Source of the DNA: an uncultured virus (IMG/VR IMGVR_UViG_2061766007_000627)
Lineage: Duplodnaviria > Heunggongvirae > Uroviricota > Caudoviricetes
Strand: one strand, 5' to 3'
IMG/VR virus record: IMGVR_UViG_2061766007_000627
DNA: 64,000 nucleotides
Under the pieces are notes generated by a model. It saw nothing but the letters and a program-made list of their open reading frames with translations, made no database searches and had not been told where the DNA came from. Both the position numbers and the translations under genes were made by a program. Positions 8,538-17,692 of the stretch are shown here, one piece after another (position 1 is the first letter of the stretch; each line of letters opens with the position of its first letter).

Positions 8538-8630
8538 TCGGACGTATCGTAACGGTAACGATGTTGCGAAAAGCAATTATTTGCGAAGTATGAACAGCGA
8601 TGATAGGTTCGAGTCCTGTCCGTCCGACCA
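8538..8630 (+). ncRNA. tRNA-like RNA lacking a canonical anticodon arm
   Basis: Intact acceptor (TCGGACG/CGTCCGA), D arm, T arm (GGTTCGAGTCC) and CCA, but no 7-nt anticodon loop. Confidence 0.75.
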
Positions 8631-8730
8631 TCAGAGGGTAAGTTAGGTTTGCTCCTTTTATGAATGATGTTTATTGTTGATACCTCTGATTTTGGATAAA
8701 CTATTTGTTCACTAACTTACCCTCCATTAA

Positions 8731-8804
8731 AGCGGGATAGTGCAAAGGTAACACATCAGGTTCATGCCCTGAAATTGTAGGTTCGATTCCTACTCCCGCA
8801 ACCA
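8731..8804 (+). tRNA. trnM: tRNA-Met(CAU), initiator-like (A1:A72 mismatch)
   Basis: Acceptor AGCGGGA/TCCCGCA, anticodon arm TCAGG-TTCATGC-CCTGA, ACCA. Confidence 0.88.
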
Positions 8805-8841
8805 CAGAAACCTTTTATAAGTGTTTCAGTCCCTTTCTCCC

Positions 8842-8883
8842 ATTCCTCTGCAGAGTCAAGTATGCAGAGGAATTTTTATTTTT
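8842..8883 (+). terminator. Rho-independent terminator of the RNA operon
   Basis: ATTCCTCTGCA/TGCAGAGGAAT stem followed by a T-run. Confidence 0.85.
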
Positions 8884-8892
8884 CAAATTTTA

Positions 8893-8906
8893 TGCTAAAT
8901 TATATA
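8893..8906 (+). promoter_or_regulatory. Putative late promoter motif TGCTAAATTATATA
   Basis: Recurrent motif directly after the terminator and upstream of ORF 8943. Confidence 0.65.
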
Positions 8907-8942
8907 TGTATATATACAATATAAATAACAAAGGAGTACTCT

Positions 8943-10055
8943 ATGAAAATCATTTTTGAAAACAAGCAACGCCTTGTTGAAGATAAAGTGGTCAAGTTTG
9001 ATGGAAAGATGTTCCCTAAATTTGGCTGGTGCGTTATCTTAATGGGCGGTGGCGGTTCTGGTAAAGGTACTGCATTTAATTCACTTATCCCGATTGAGGG
9101 TGCATATCTTAACATAGACAACCTTAAAGAGAATCCTAATTTCTGGAATATTCAACCTGCAGTTAGAGATGATGACCGAAAAGTTGTTAGAGATGAGCAG
9201 GGAAGAGTAGTACGCTCTGGTGATACCTATAAAGATAGGATAGAAACACAATTTGAATTAGGAAATCAAGAATCGGGTGAACATCGTAGCCTTGACCAAT
9301 ATTTATACAAAGGCAAGGTAGATGTTATTAAGCCGGGCGAAAAGGTAAAAGGCAGAGACCCATATGATTCAAAATTAAAGGGCAAGCCTGAATATGTTAC
9401 TGGTACTGGTCGTGACAGATTAAAAATGAATCTTGATGACCCCGAAGTTACTGGATATGTTCATAATGCCATGCGTAATCTTGGAAAAGCATGGAAACAA
9501 GGTTTCTATGATAATGTAGGAACTGATGCCGACCCATCTAGACTTCCGAATGTTATTTTTGATATTCAAGCAGACGAATTAAAAGATATTAAAAAGATTA
9601 CTTCGGTCTACAAACCAAAGGGATATAAGATAGCAATAGTATGGATGCTGTCCACGGTAAGCCGTGCATTAAGGAATAATTCAGGCAGAGGAAGAACTGT
9701 TGACCCTGAAATACTCATTAAGGCTCATAGAAAAGTAATCAATACTGCGAATGAATTATTCAGCAGCGGATATATTACAAATATTGACGAGTTCTGGGTT
9801 ATCAATACAAATACTTCAAACAGAGTTTTTGATAAAAAATATTCTAGAGAAGCAGGAAGAGATTTATACCATGATGCTCAAACCTGTTTCAGAGTTCCTA
9901 CAACACCAGATGGTTTAGATACCTTTATGGCAAAGTATAATGAAAATCCTTACTGGTCTAAAGAGAATAAGGCATTTGATGTAAGGAGTAGAATGAAGAA
10001 TCAACTTCAAGATATTCCAAGACAATTATCAAAGAGGGGCATCGAAGATAAGTAA
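8943..10055 (+). CDS. P-loop kinase, zeta-toxin/AAA_33-like
   Basis: ILMGGGGSGKG Walker A, NVIFD, and an ALRNNSGRGRTV lid motif. Confidence 0.7.
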   Translation: MKIIFENKQRLVEDKVVKFDGKMFPKFGWCVILMGGGGSGKGTAFNSLIPIEGAYLNIDNLKENPNFWNIQPAVRDDDRKVVRDEQGRVVRSGDTYKDRIETQFELGNQESGEHRSLDQYLYKGKVDVIKPGEKVKGRDPYDSKLKGKPEYVTGTGRDRLKMNLDDPEVTGYVHNAMRNLGKAWKQGFYDNVGTDADPSRLPNVIFDIQADELKDIKKITSVYKPKGYKIAIVWMLSTVSRALRNNSGRGRTVDPEILIKAHRKVINTANELFSSGYITNIDEFWVINTNTSNRVFDKKYSREAGRDLYHDAQTCFRVPTTPDGLDTFMAKYNENPYWSKENKAFDVRSRMKNQLQDIPRQLSKRGIEDK

Positions 10056-10061
10056 AAAGTA

Positions 10062-10090
10062 TTTACAACTCCTACAAAGTATGTTAGTAT
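10062..10090 (+). promoter_or_regulatory. SigmaA-type promoter
   Basis: TTTACA-17-TAGTAT with extended TG. Confidence 0.7.
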
Positions 10091-10114
10091 ATATGTGGGA
10101 GGGGGTGATATGCC

Positions 10115-10513
10115 ATGAACGAACTGATATACAGAGAACTGATTTGCAAACTTGCTATCTACAAAGATATTCTTGGAAAGGAAGATGAACAACACAGTAT
10201 TTCTGAACTAGCCGACTGGATATATCAAATAAAAGATGAGCCTTATATACAGTATTGTAGATATACTCCGTATTTCTCTGCTTTCGATAGTTATGAAGAT
10301 ACGCTGTATTCTGTAAGCAGTTTCTGGCGTGCAGTTAAAAATGGTGTGTATAAAAACTGTCCGACATTTGATAAATGGCAAAAATCAGGAACTATTGAAG
10401 ATACTGTTTACAAATTCGGAACAGACATCAGACAGTTAATCCGTTCTGTGCGGAACAAAGACATCACAAAAGAAGAAATTGAACAGCGTATATACGGCTT
10501 GCTCCACTCGTAG
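10115..10513 (+). CDS. Hypothetical protein
   Basis: 132-aa ORF with its own promoter and RBS. Confidence 0.7.
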   Translation: MNELIYRELICKLAIYKDILGKEDEQHSISELADWIYQIKDEPYIQYCRYTPYFSAFDSYEDTLYSVSSFWRAVKNGVYKNCPTFDKWQKSGTIEDTVYKFGTDIRQLIRSVRNKDITKEEIEQRIYGLLHS

Positions 10514-10548
10514 TTTTTAAGGAAACGAAACACAATTTCATTTCAAAG

Positions 10549-10562
10549 TGCTAAATTATATA
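10549..10562 (+). promoter_or_regulatory. Putative late promoter motif TGCTAAATTATATA
   Basis: Upstream of the baseplate/lysis block. Confidence 0.65.
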
Positions 10563-10599
10563 TAATGATTTGGCACTTTGTTTTTATGTGAGAAAAAGT

Positions 10600-10938
10600 A
10601 TGTATAAAACAACCACACCCACGTTCAGGTTAACAATTCCATATACGGCAGACGATATAGATAATTTTGTTCTAACCCTTGTTCAGCAGGGCAAAACGGT
10701 CTTTACCTTTACGCAAGATGATTGCGAAGTCATAGACAGCAAAGTAATATTCACCCTCACGCAAGAACAAACATCAGTTTTCGTCCACAGGTATCCAATT
10801 CATTTACAGTTACGAATGATGCTCAAGTCGGGTGTGGTTGTTTCGTCTGCCGTTGAGCATATCTATGTACACAGAAGTTTAAATAATACAATTTTATCTT
10901 TAACACTACAAAAAGATGAAGAAGAGTCTGAATCATGA
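10600..10938 (+). CDS. BppU-N-like baseplate protein
   Basis: MYKTTTPT...TL.Q....LTQEQT....QLR pattern. Paralog of the next gene. Confidence 0.55.
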   Translation: MYKTTTPTFRLTIPYTADDIDNFVLTLVQQGKTVFTFTQDDCEVIDSKVIFTLTQEQTSVFVHRYPIHLQLRMMLKSGVVVSSAVEHIYVHRSLNNTILSLTLQKDEEESES

Positions 10939-10996
10939 TAGACATAGAATTAGATTTTAGTAATAATGATGTAGAACTTGTTTTGGAGTTTGATGA

Positions 10997-11302
10997 ATGT
11001 ACAGAGGAACTACTCCTACAATAAAATTTAATCTTAAATTTGATATATCAAAGATAGAGGTACTTTGGGTCACATTTAAGCAAGGCAAAACTATTGTATT
11101 TGAAAAGCAATTATCCGATTGTCAATTAAGCTATGAAAAAAACCAAATCATAGTAAATCTTTCACAATCGGAAACACTTTCTCTCGCCGCCAACAAGGAC
11201 TTGCTCATACAAATCAGAGTTGGATTTACTAACTCAAAGAGGGGTGTGAGCAAGACTATTACTACGTATGTAGACGATATACTTCATGACGGAGAAATCT
11301 GA
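10997..11302 (+). CDS. BppU-N-like baseplate protein
   Basis: MYRGTTPT...VTFKQ...LSQSETL...IQIR...IL.DGEI pattern. Confidence 0.6.
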   Translation: MYRGTTPTIKFNLKFDISKIEVLWVTFKQGKTIVFEKQLSDCQLSYEKNQIIVNLSQSETLSLAANKDLLIQIRVGFTNSKRGVSKTITTYVDDILHDGEI

Positions 11303-11895
11303 TGAAACTGAAAGATGAATATATATTTGATGTGAATATGGAACTGTCTGATGAAGTATTTGATACCGAGTTAGAGGTTGATTCATATACATTCAAACCC
11401 GATATGGGTGACCCTGTAATCAATACTGCGATTACCGAACATAGCGAACTAGAAGGCAGAGATAAACCCAATCAGCACCCAATAGATTCCATTACCGGGT
11501 TACAACAAACGCTCGTAGATTTTGCAGAAATCGTGAAAGCAAAAGCATCAATACGACTCGGCACAAAAGAGTACTGGAATAATAATCCTCTTATCGTTCC
11601 CGAAAAGGGAGAACTGATTGTCTACACAGATTATTCTTCTAAAATCGTAGATGGTCAAACCGTCTATATTCCAAGGATGAAGATTGGAGATGGAAGTGTC
11701 GTAGTTGTAGATTTGCCGTATGTCGGTGATGATATAGAACTGATGATACAATCGCACATTGTAGATGATGATTTACATTTAAGAATGGGTGAAAGGCAGT
11801 TCTGGAATAACAAGGTCACGACCTTGTTAGACACGATAGATAATGAAAATCTTATTTTTACAACGAAACCAATAAATGTTATATATAACAGTTAA
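11302..11895 (+). CDS. Tail-associated structural protein
   Basis: HSEL.GRD..NQHPI..ITGL and W.....P..GE.IVY...KIGDG...LPY modules of tail proteins. Confidence 0.6.
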   Translation: MKLKDEYIFDVNMELSDEVFDTELEVDSYTFKPDMGDPVINTAITEHSELEGRDKPNQHPIDSITGLQQTLVDFAEIVKAKASIRLGTKEYWNNNPLIVPEKGELIVYTDYSSKIVDGQTVYIPRMKIGDGSVVVVDLPYVGDDIELMIQSHIVDDDLHLRMGERQFWNNKVTTLLDTIDNENLIFTTKPINVIYNS

Positions 11896-11910
11896 AAGAG
11901 AGGTCTAAAA

Positions 11911-13503
11911 ATGCCTGATACTAATTATATTTCCAAAGTGACACTGCCTTCGGTAGGCACTACGGGGGTTACTTACTACATCAAAGACGAAGAAGCCAGA
12001 CAGATGATTTCTGGTGGTATTAGTTTTAAGATTGTTTGGGCACAAACAGATTTTGAGTCTGCTACCGCACCTTCGTCTGCAAAACTTGCTACAATACCAG
12101 CAGGAACGGTTGTTTCATACAATAGCGGTGCAAGTACTGCTACTGGTACCCTGGCGGCTTCTGATGATACTGTTGCTATTTTCTATCTTATTTATTCAAA
12201 AACGCAAGCAGGAAATATCGACACATACGATGAGATAGTAACTATTAAAGATGACTCAACTACACCAATCACGTATTTCTGGGAAAGAATTGGTGACACA
12301 CAAATTGACTTATCAAATGTAGTTACTGGCTTTACAAAAGTGACCGATACTGTTATCGGTTCTGATGCTACATTTACAATCACTCAGCCGACAATCGCAC
12401 TCGCTACAGACACCACAAGCGGAACGGGCAAAGTACAAGTTGCCACAGGAATTTCAAGTGCATCTGCAAGTGGGGATTCTGTAACAGCGTTGACAGGACT
12501 TGGAACTCCAAGTACAGATACATTCTTAAAAGGAGTTAAAGTTACAACTCAACCGACAGTTACATTAACAGCAAACGAATCCACTGCAACGGGTAGACTT
12601 AAATATGTAGAAGATGTAACAGGTGGCTCAACATCTCCAACAAAAGTACACTTATCCGCAACAGCAAGTGGTGGTGCAGTTAGTGCAAGTGGTGATAGTG
12701 TTACTGCTCTCACAGGACTTGGCACACCATCTACAAGCGCCGCTGTTAGCGGAGTTAGTACTGCAAAACTCGCAGTAACATCTGTTACAGGAGTACAAGC
12801 AAGCACAACTACTGCTTCTAAAGCAACGGTAGGGACTGCAACTTCTCAAACAACTGCAACAGGCGGAAGCACGGCATCAACTTCTAATGATGATTTCTTA
12901 AAGGGAATTTCTGTACAAAACGAAACTCTGATATTTGGTGCGGCAACATTAAATACGCAAAGTACAAGTATTCCTAATATCTCTTTCGCTGATGTTACTG
13001 TTCCAATCAAGGCGGCTTCGGCTACGACAGTTGCTACTGGAAGTACTACATCAACAGGAGATGGTGCAACCGTTGCCACAGGTTCTTCAGGAACGATAAA
13101 CGCAGTAACAGGATATGCAAGCCCAACAACAGATACAGTTCTCGGTACAGCGTCTACTTTCGCTGTTACTAATCCAACAATTACAGTATCAACAAGCGGT
13201 TCGACTGGTCCGCAAGTTGTTGGTGATGTGTCTGACATTACCGTTTCCCCAACATACAAATATATGAGTGGTTCTGCAAGTGGAACTGCTGTTGGAGCAG
13301 ATGGAACTGGAAGTGCTGTTACTGCTCTTGGAACACCTACGACAGATACAGTTCTTGGTACTGGCTCAACAATTACAGTTACTCCGACAACAACATACAT
13401 CAAAGGTACTGCAAGTGGTGCTAATACTGCTTGGAACAATAAAGACCAAGTTGAAGTTCTTACAAGTGCTTCTGATGTTGTTAAGGGTGGAGCATCTTCA
13501 TAA
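11911..13503 (+). CDS. Thr/Ser/Gly-rich fibre or decoration protein with internal repeats
   Basis: Repeated SGDSVTALTGLGTPST and TDTVLG units, and a YYIKD.EAR N-terminus. Confidence 0.6.
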   Translation: MPDTNYISKVTLPSVGTTGVTYYIKDEEARQMISGGISFKIVWAQTDFESATAPSSAKLATIPAGTVVSYNSGASTATGTLAASDDTVAIFYLIYSKTQAGNIDTYDEIVTIKDDSTTPITYFWERIGDTQIDLSNVVTGFTKVTDTVIGSDATFTITQPTIALATDTTSGTGKVQVATGISSASASGDSVTALTGLGTPSTDTFLKGVKVTTQPTVTLTANESTATGRLKYVEDVTGGSTSPTKVHLSATASGGAVSASGDSVTALTGLGTPSTSAAVSGVSTAKLAVTSVTGVQASTTTASKATVGTATSQTTATGGSTASTSNDDFLKGISVQNETLIFGAATLNTQSTSIPNISFADVTVPIKAASATTVATGSTTSTGDGATVATGSSGTINAVTGYASPTTDTVLGTASTFAVTNPTITVSTSGSTGPQVVGDVSDITVSPTYKYMSGSASGTAVGADGTGSAVTALGTPTTDTVLGTGSTITVTPTTTYIKGTASGANTAWNNKDQVEVLTSASDVVKGGASS

Positions 13504-13547
13504 AGATAATTATTTAGTTTTATAAAGTAAAAATGAAAGGATAAAAT

Positions 13548-13832
13548 ATGTGGAATACTTTTCTGACATCAAATGATGCTTCAATGAGGTTATTAAGAAC
13601 TATCGTACAAGGCATTATAGGTGTTCTTATTGCTAATCTCGATGCTATTACTGACGCATTCTCATTTTCACCGACTGTAAAAACTCTCATTGTTGGAATT
13701 ACTATGGCTATTCTTTCCCCGATTATGGCAGAGATAGGCAAGAATTTATTAAACAATGCTGAAGTTAGAGTTGCGCCACTTGAAGGAGAGGTCGGAACGG
13801 TTATTGCTGATGACATTGAACCTTTAGAATAA
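13548..13832 (+). CDS. Holin-like membrane protein
   Basis: Two hydrophobic helices (RLLRTIVQGIIGVL...), upstream of a cell-wall hydrolase. Confidence 0.6.
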   Translation: MWNTFLTSNDASMRLLRTIVQGIIGVLIANLDAITDAFSFSPTVKTLIVGITMAILSPIMAEIGKNLLNNAEVRVAPLEGEVGTVIADDIEPLE

Positions 13833-13847
13833 AAAGGAGTATATACA

Positions 13848-14105
13848 ATGTTATATGAAGATTTATTAAAAATAAGATGTGAAGCGCTCGCTAGACGAAT
13901 CATAAATGAGTATTATAATTTTATAGNNNNNNNNNNNNNNNAATTCTATGACAAGTCTGTAGATGATTTTGTAGGAATGTCCGGGCGTGATATTAACACG
14001 GCTGTAAATCGTCTACATAATTATCTTACTGAAATAATCATACAACAAGCGCCAAGAATTGTTCAACCTGCAGAAGACTCGCTTTATGAAACATTAAAGC
14101 CGTGA
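13848..14105 (+). CDS. Hypothetical protein (contains N gap)
   Basis: AAGGAG RBS, and the ORF spans Ns. Confidence 0.5.
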   Translation: MLYEDLLKIRCEALARRIINEYYNFIXXXXXXFYDKSVDDFVGMSGRDINTAVNRLHNYLTEIIIQQAPRIVQPAEDSLYETLKP

Positions 14106-14115
14106 GGTAATACAA

Positions 14116-15376
14116 ATGAGTGTAATATATCGTCAATACGATTCGAGATGGGGTAATCTGTCTTACCCTGAAGGTAATACAATGGCAGGAAGCGGCTGTG
14201 GTCCAACTTCTTGTGCAAATGTAATTGCAAATTTATCTAATAGTTCAATCACACCAAAAGACACCAGGGCGTTCATGTTAAAACATGGTTATGCCGTTAG
14301 AAATGCTGGAACTGCTTGGGCTGGAATTCCTGCTTGTTTACAGAATTGGGGATTCACAGTAAAGAGTTGCCCGAATATGGCAACAGTCTGGGCAGAGTGT
14401 GCTAAAGGAAATGAACAAGGCATTATTCTGTTTACAGCAGGAACTAGGGGTGGAGTTACTTGGACAACTGACGGACATTTTGTAGCATTTACCGACTACA
14501 GAATTGAAAACGGAAAACATTGGTTCTACACAAGAGATAGCGGACCAAGAAAGAATGATGGTTGGCATTGTTACGAAACAACTATGCAAGGTCTTATTCC
14601 TGCTATCTGGACTTGCACCCCGCCTAAAGTAACTTGCTCTATTACATACAATGGGAATGGCGGTGTGAATATGCCGTCAAGACAGACATATACATATGCG
14701 ACATCTGGCAGAACTACATTATCTTCGGTTGTTCCTACAAAGAAGAACTATACATTCCTTGGGTGGTCGTTAAACAAGAATGCTACTTCTGCATCTTATC
14801 AGCCCGGGCAAGGTTGGAATTTAAGCAATCGTGGCGATTACATATTATATGCTGTCTGGCGTGGGAACAAAGTAACTATTAATTACAATGCAAATAAAGG
14901 TAGCAACGCCCCTGCAAGTCAGACATATTATTATGCAACTTCAGGGACAATAAAGTTATCCTCGAAGTTACCGAACAGAGATGGATTTAGATGCTTGGGT
15001 TGGGCAATAGATAAAAATGCTACGACAGCGGCATACAAAGCAGGTCAAGATTGGCAACTCCATAATAGTGGACCAACATATACTTTATACGCAGTATGGA
15101 AAAGAGCAGATGTGCATATTCCAACACCGTATCCGGGACCATTTCCAACGGGTATAATAAGCAAAGGCTCAACAGGTAGTAATGTTAAATACCTGCAAGC
15201 ATTTCTTAATTGGTATTCAGGCAAAAATGCTTTAGATGTTGATGGTATCTGTGGAGATGCTACAGTAGCAAAACTTAAAGCATTTCAAAAAAATTGTAAG
15301 TTAGAGGCTGACGGCGNNNNNNNNNNNNNNNNNNNNNNNNNNNNNNNNNNNNNNNNNNNNNNNNNNNNNNNNNNNG
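14116..15376 (+). CDS. Endolysin/cell-wall hydrolase: C39-like peptidase + InlB B-type repeats + PG-binding domain (3' end in N gap)
   Basis: Q.D.RW...SGCGPTS...GHFV...DS catalytic pattern, two Y..N.G...F.GW...LYAVW repeats, and GS.G..VK.LQ.FL...VDG..G..T. Confidence 0.8.
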
Positions 15377-15790
15377 ATGACAAAGGAGATGATTGTTGCG
15401 GTTATAATTGCTATCGTAGGGTCAAGTGGCCTGTGGGGATTTCTTCAATGGATACTTGAAACTAAGGTAAAGAAGCGCAATCAAATATTGAAGGACATAA
15501 ATACCAAATTAGACAAAGTAGTTACACGAGATGAATTGGCGGCTATTTCAGAAGAGTTGCTGTCTATTAAGAATACATTAGATATAGACAGAGAGTTAAC
15601 ACTTTCGATGGCAAGAGAAAAATTAAACGATATGTCAAATAAGTATTTAACGTTGGGGTACATTCCGATGGACGAGTACGTGGCTTACAATTCCATCGGA
15701 GAAGCGTACATTAAGGCGGGGGGAAACTCTGAAATAAAAGCCAAATTTGAGCTAGTTATGGAAGACCTGGACGTAACATCTCCTAAGTAA
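15377..15790 (+). CDS. Holin-like/lysis-associated membrane protein
   Basis: N-terminal TM helix, coiled coil, and a Y...GGN motif. Confidence 0.6.
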   Translation: MTKEMIVAVIIAIVGSSGLWGFLQWILETKVKKRNQILKDINTKLDKVVTRDELAAISEELLSIKNTLDIDRELTLSMAREKLNDMSNKYLTLGYIPMDEYVAYNSIGEAYIKAGGNSEIKAKFELVMEDLDVTSPK

Positions 15791-15813
15791 TATAAATGTA
15801 GATTGTTGATAGA

Positions 15814-15850
15814 TTAGAGGGTGTGTATTGCACTCTCTAATTTTTTTTTT
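15814..15850 (+). terminator. Rho-independent terminator
   Basis: TTAGAGGGTG/CACTCTCTAA stem followed by T10. Confidence 0.85.
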
Positions 15851-15871
15851 GTTTTATTTTGTTGAATAATG

Positions 15872-15900
15872 TTGACATCGGTATTTACTTATGTTATCTT
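15872..15900 (+). promoter_or_regulatory. SigmaA-type early promoter
   Basis: TTGACA-17-TATCTT with extended TG. Confidence 0.75.
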
Positions 15901-15941
15901 ATATGTGGGGGGTGGCCCCAGGTAATGCAAGGAGGTACGAA

Positions 15942-16217
15942 ATGACTACGAAGGAACTGAACGAGAAAGTTCTCGAACTGAAAAAGTGGGAAAAAGAGCA
16001 GAAGAACATTCAGTCGGTTATAGACGAACTTAAAGGTGAACTTAAAGCTGAACTTGAAGCGCTCGGTGTAGACGAAATCGAAACTGATATGTTCACCATC
16101 TCGTATAAAGATGTCGTGTCAAATAGGTTTGATACCACATCTTTCAAGAAAGATAATGCTGTACTGTATGAGCACTATCTGAAAGAGAGCGTGTCGAAAA
16201 GGTTTCTTGTGAAATAA
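15942..16217 (+). CDS. Small coiled-coil phage protein
   Basis: AAGGAGG RBS. The S.RFDT..FKK....LY..YLK....RF tail resembles YqaJ-associated C-terminal domains. Confidence 0.7.
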   Translation: MTTKELNEKVLELKKWEKEQKNIQSVIDELKGELKAELEALGVDEIETDMFTISYKDVVSNRFDTTSFKKDNAVLYEHYLKESVSKRFLVK

Positions 16218-16228
16218 GGAGGTGCGAG

Positions 16229-16435
16229 ATGACAAAGTGTATGAATTGTAAAAATGCAGTAGAACTTGTCGGTGCTTATACAGGAACTCATTACATTGAG
16301 TGCAGACTTGAAAGAGAGTCTGCAGAACACGCTTCTTTAGAAGAACTTGAACGAATGATATTACACCCTGAAGAAAGACCTTGTGAATATATTAAAGGAA
16401 AACCTGTGGATGGCGGTATTACCTTTGATGACTGA
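16229..16435 (+). CDS. Small Cys-containing hypothetical protein
   Basis: AAGGAGGT RBS and CxxC motif. Confidence 0.65.
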   Translation: MTKCMNCKNAVELVGAYTGTHYIECRLERESAEHASLEELERMILHPEERPCEYIKGKPVDGGITFDD

Positions 16436-16468
16436 TTGGTTTAATAATAAATAGAAGGGAGAATAACT

Positions 16469-17383
16469 ATGGCAACTACACTGAAAAGAGAACTTCCGTA
16501 CATCAATGCTTATGGAACAGTAGATATTTCTTCTGCAAAGACAGTTGAAGATGCACTTGTAACAGCGGGTCTTGATTGGGAGGTAGACAGCAAACCTCTT
16601 TATGATGAACACGGAAATGAGTATCCAAAGTATCGTGCAAATGTGCGTAACGATGATAATAAGCTGCTCGGTATCGTTACTGACGCTTACACAATAATTC
16701 AGAATGGTGAAGCCTTTGACTTTGTTAATTCACTTTCAGACGATGGGTTTACTTTCGACAGAGCAGGACAGTTCAAGGGTGGCGGTGCTATCTGGCTGAT
16801 GGGTAAACTTCCTGAAACGAGTATCCTTGGGGATAAGATTGATAATAATCTTGTATTCGTCAATTCACATGATGGCTCGCAGGGTGTAAAAGTTATGATG
16901 ACACCTGTTCGTGTTGCTTGCTACAATATGCTTAATCTTGCAATCAAGAAAGCAGATAGAATTTGGGCGGCGAAACACACTAGACATCTTTATTCAAAGA
17001 TTGAAGAAGCTCGATACACACTTGGGCTTGCTAATAATTACATCAAAGAACTCAGCGCACAGGCAGATATTCTTGCGAGTAAGGCTATCACAGATGCACA
17101 GCTTGAAGCAATCTTTGATAAGATGTTTCCGATTGATAAGACCAAGGACAGTGAACGTAAGATTAACAATATATCTATTCTGAAAAACAACTTCTTCGCC
17201 TGCTACAATGAAGCAGATATTGCCAAGTTCAAAGGAACAGTCTGGGGAGCAATCAATGCGATGGCAGACCTCGTTGACCACTCTGCACCACTGCGAAATA
17301 CTGCAGATTACTACAACAATGCGTGGAATAAACTGATACTTGGACATCCAACGCTTGACACTTTCTACAGACTTGTTAAGTAA
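16469..17383 (+). CDS. DUF932/DUF945-family phage/plasmid protein
   Basis: AGLDWEV...LGIV...Y..IQN.EAF.F...NSHDGS....TPVRV.C.N.L...HT...GT.WG..NA...DH. Confidence 0.85.
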   Translation: MATTLKRELPYINAYGTVDISSAKTVEDALVTAGLDWEVDSKPLYDEHGNEYPKYRANVRNDDNKLLGIVTDAYTIIQNGEAFDFVNSLSDDGFTFDRAGQFKGGGAIWLMGKLPETSILGDKIDNNLVFVNSHDGSQGVKVMMTPVRVACYNMLNLAIKKADRIWAAKHTRHLYSKIEEARYTLGLANNYIKELSAQADILASKAITDAQLEAIFDKMFPIDKTKDSERKINNISILKNNFFACYNEADIAKFKGTVWGAINAMADLVDHSAPLRNTADYYNNAWNKLILGHPTLDTFYRLVK

Positions 17384-17431
17384 ATAACTGGTGTATGTAA
17401 GGGGGTGTACTAATGCACCCCCTTAAAAATG

Positions 17432-17460
17432 TTTACAATTGTTTACTTGTATAGTATGAT
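17432..17460 (+). promoter_or_regulatory. SigmaA-type promoter
   Basis: TTTACA-17-TATGAT, just after the GC hairpin at 17398-17425. Confidence 0.7.
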
Positions 17461-17499
17461 ATATATAGTTTATTGTGAGATAATAGAATAGGAGTGGAA

Positions 17500-17664
17500 A
17501 TGAGAACTCGTAAAGAATCGGAAATACTGCATTGCAAAATTGATAAGCAAATAGCGGAAATGCTTGTTAAACTTTGCCAGGAAACGGGACTGTCAAAAAC
17601 AGTTGCGGTTGAACGTGCCATAAAAATGTATGAACAATACTTTAGAGAAACAGGTAAAATCTAA
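17500..17664 (+). CDS. Ribbon-helix-helix DNA-binding protein (54 aa, not in ORF track)
   Basis: MRTRKESEILHCKIDKQIAEMLVKLCQETGLSKTVAVERAI..., with an AGGAG RBS. Confidence 0.7.
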   Translation: MRTRKESEILHCKIDKQIAEMLVKLCQETGLSKTVAVERAIKMYEQYFRETGKI

Positions 17665-17692
17665 ATTTGTGTGCTAATATTATTGTGAGGTT

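Noticed and set aside
5549..8593. ORFs overlapping the RNA operon (5549-5929, 7073-7342, 7803-8165, 8174-8536 etc.)
   Set aside because: They are antisense or overlapping translations of tRNAs and structured RNA.
8538..8630. tmRNA or selenocysteine tRNA
   Set aside because: It has a D stem and no tag ORF or G3.U70 pair (not tmRNA), and no UCA anticodon.
6335..8830. Theta/HDV-like ribozymes at tRNA 3' ends
   Set aside because: No convincing nested double-pseudoknot pattern, and the tRNAs with visible 3' ends already encode CCA.
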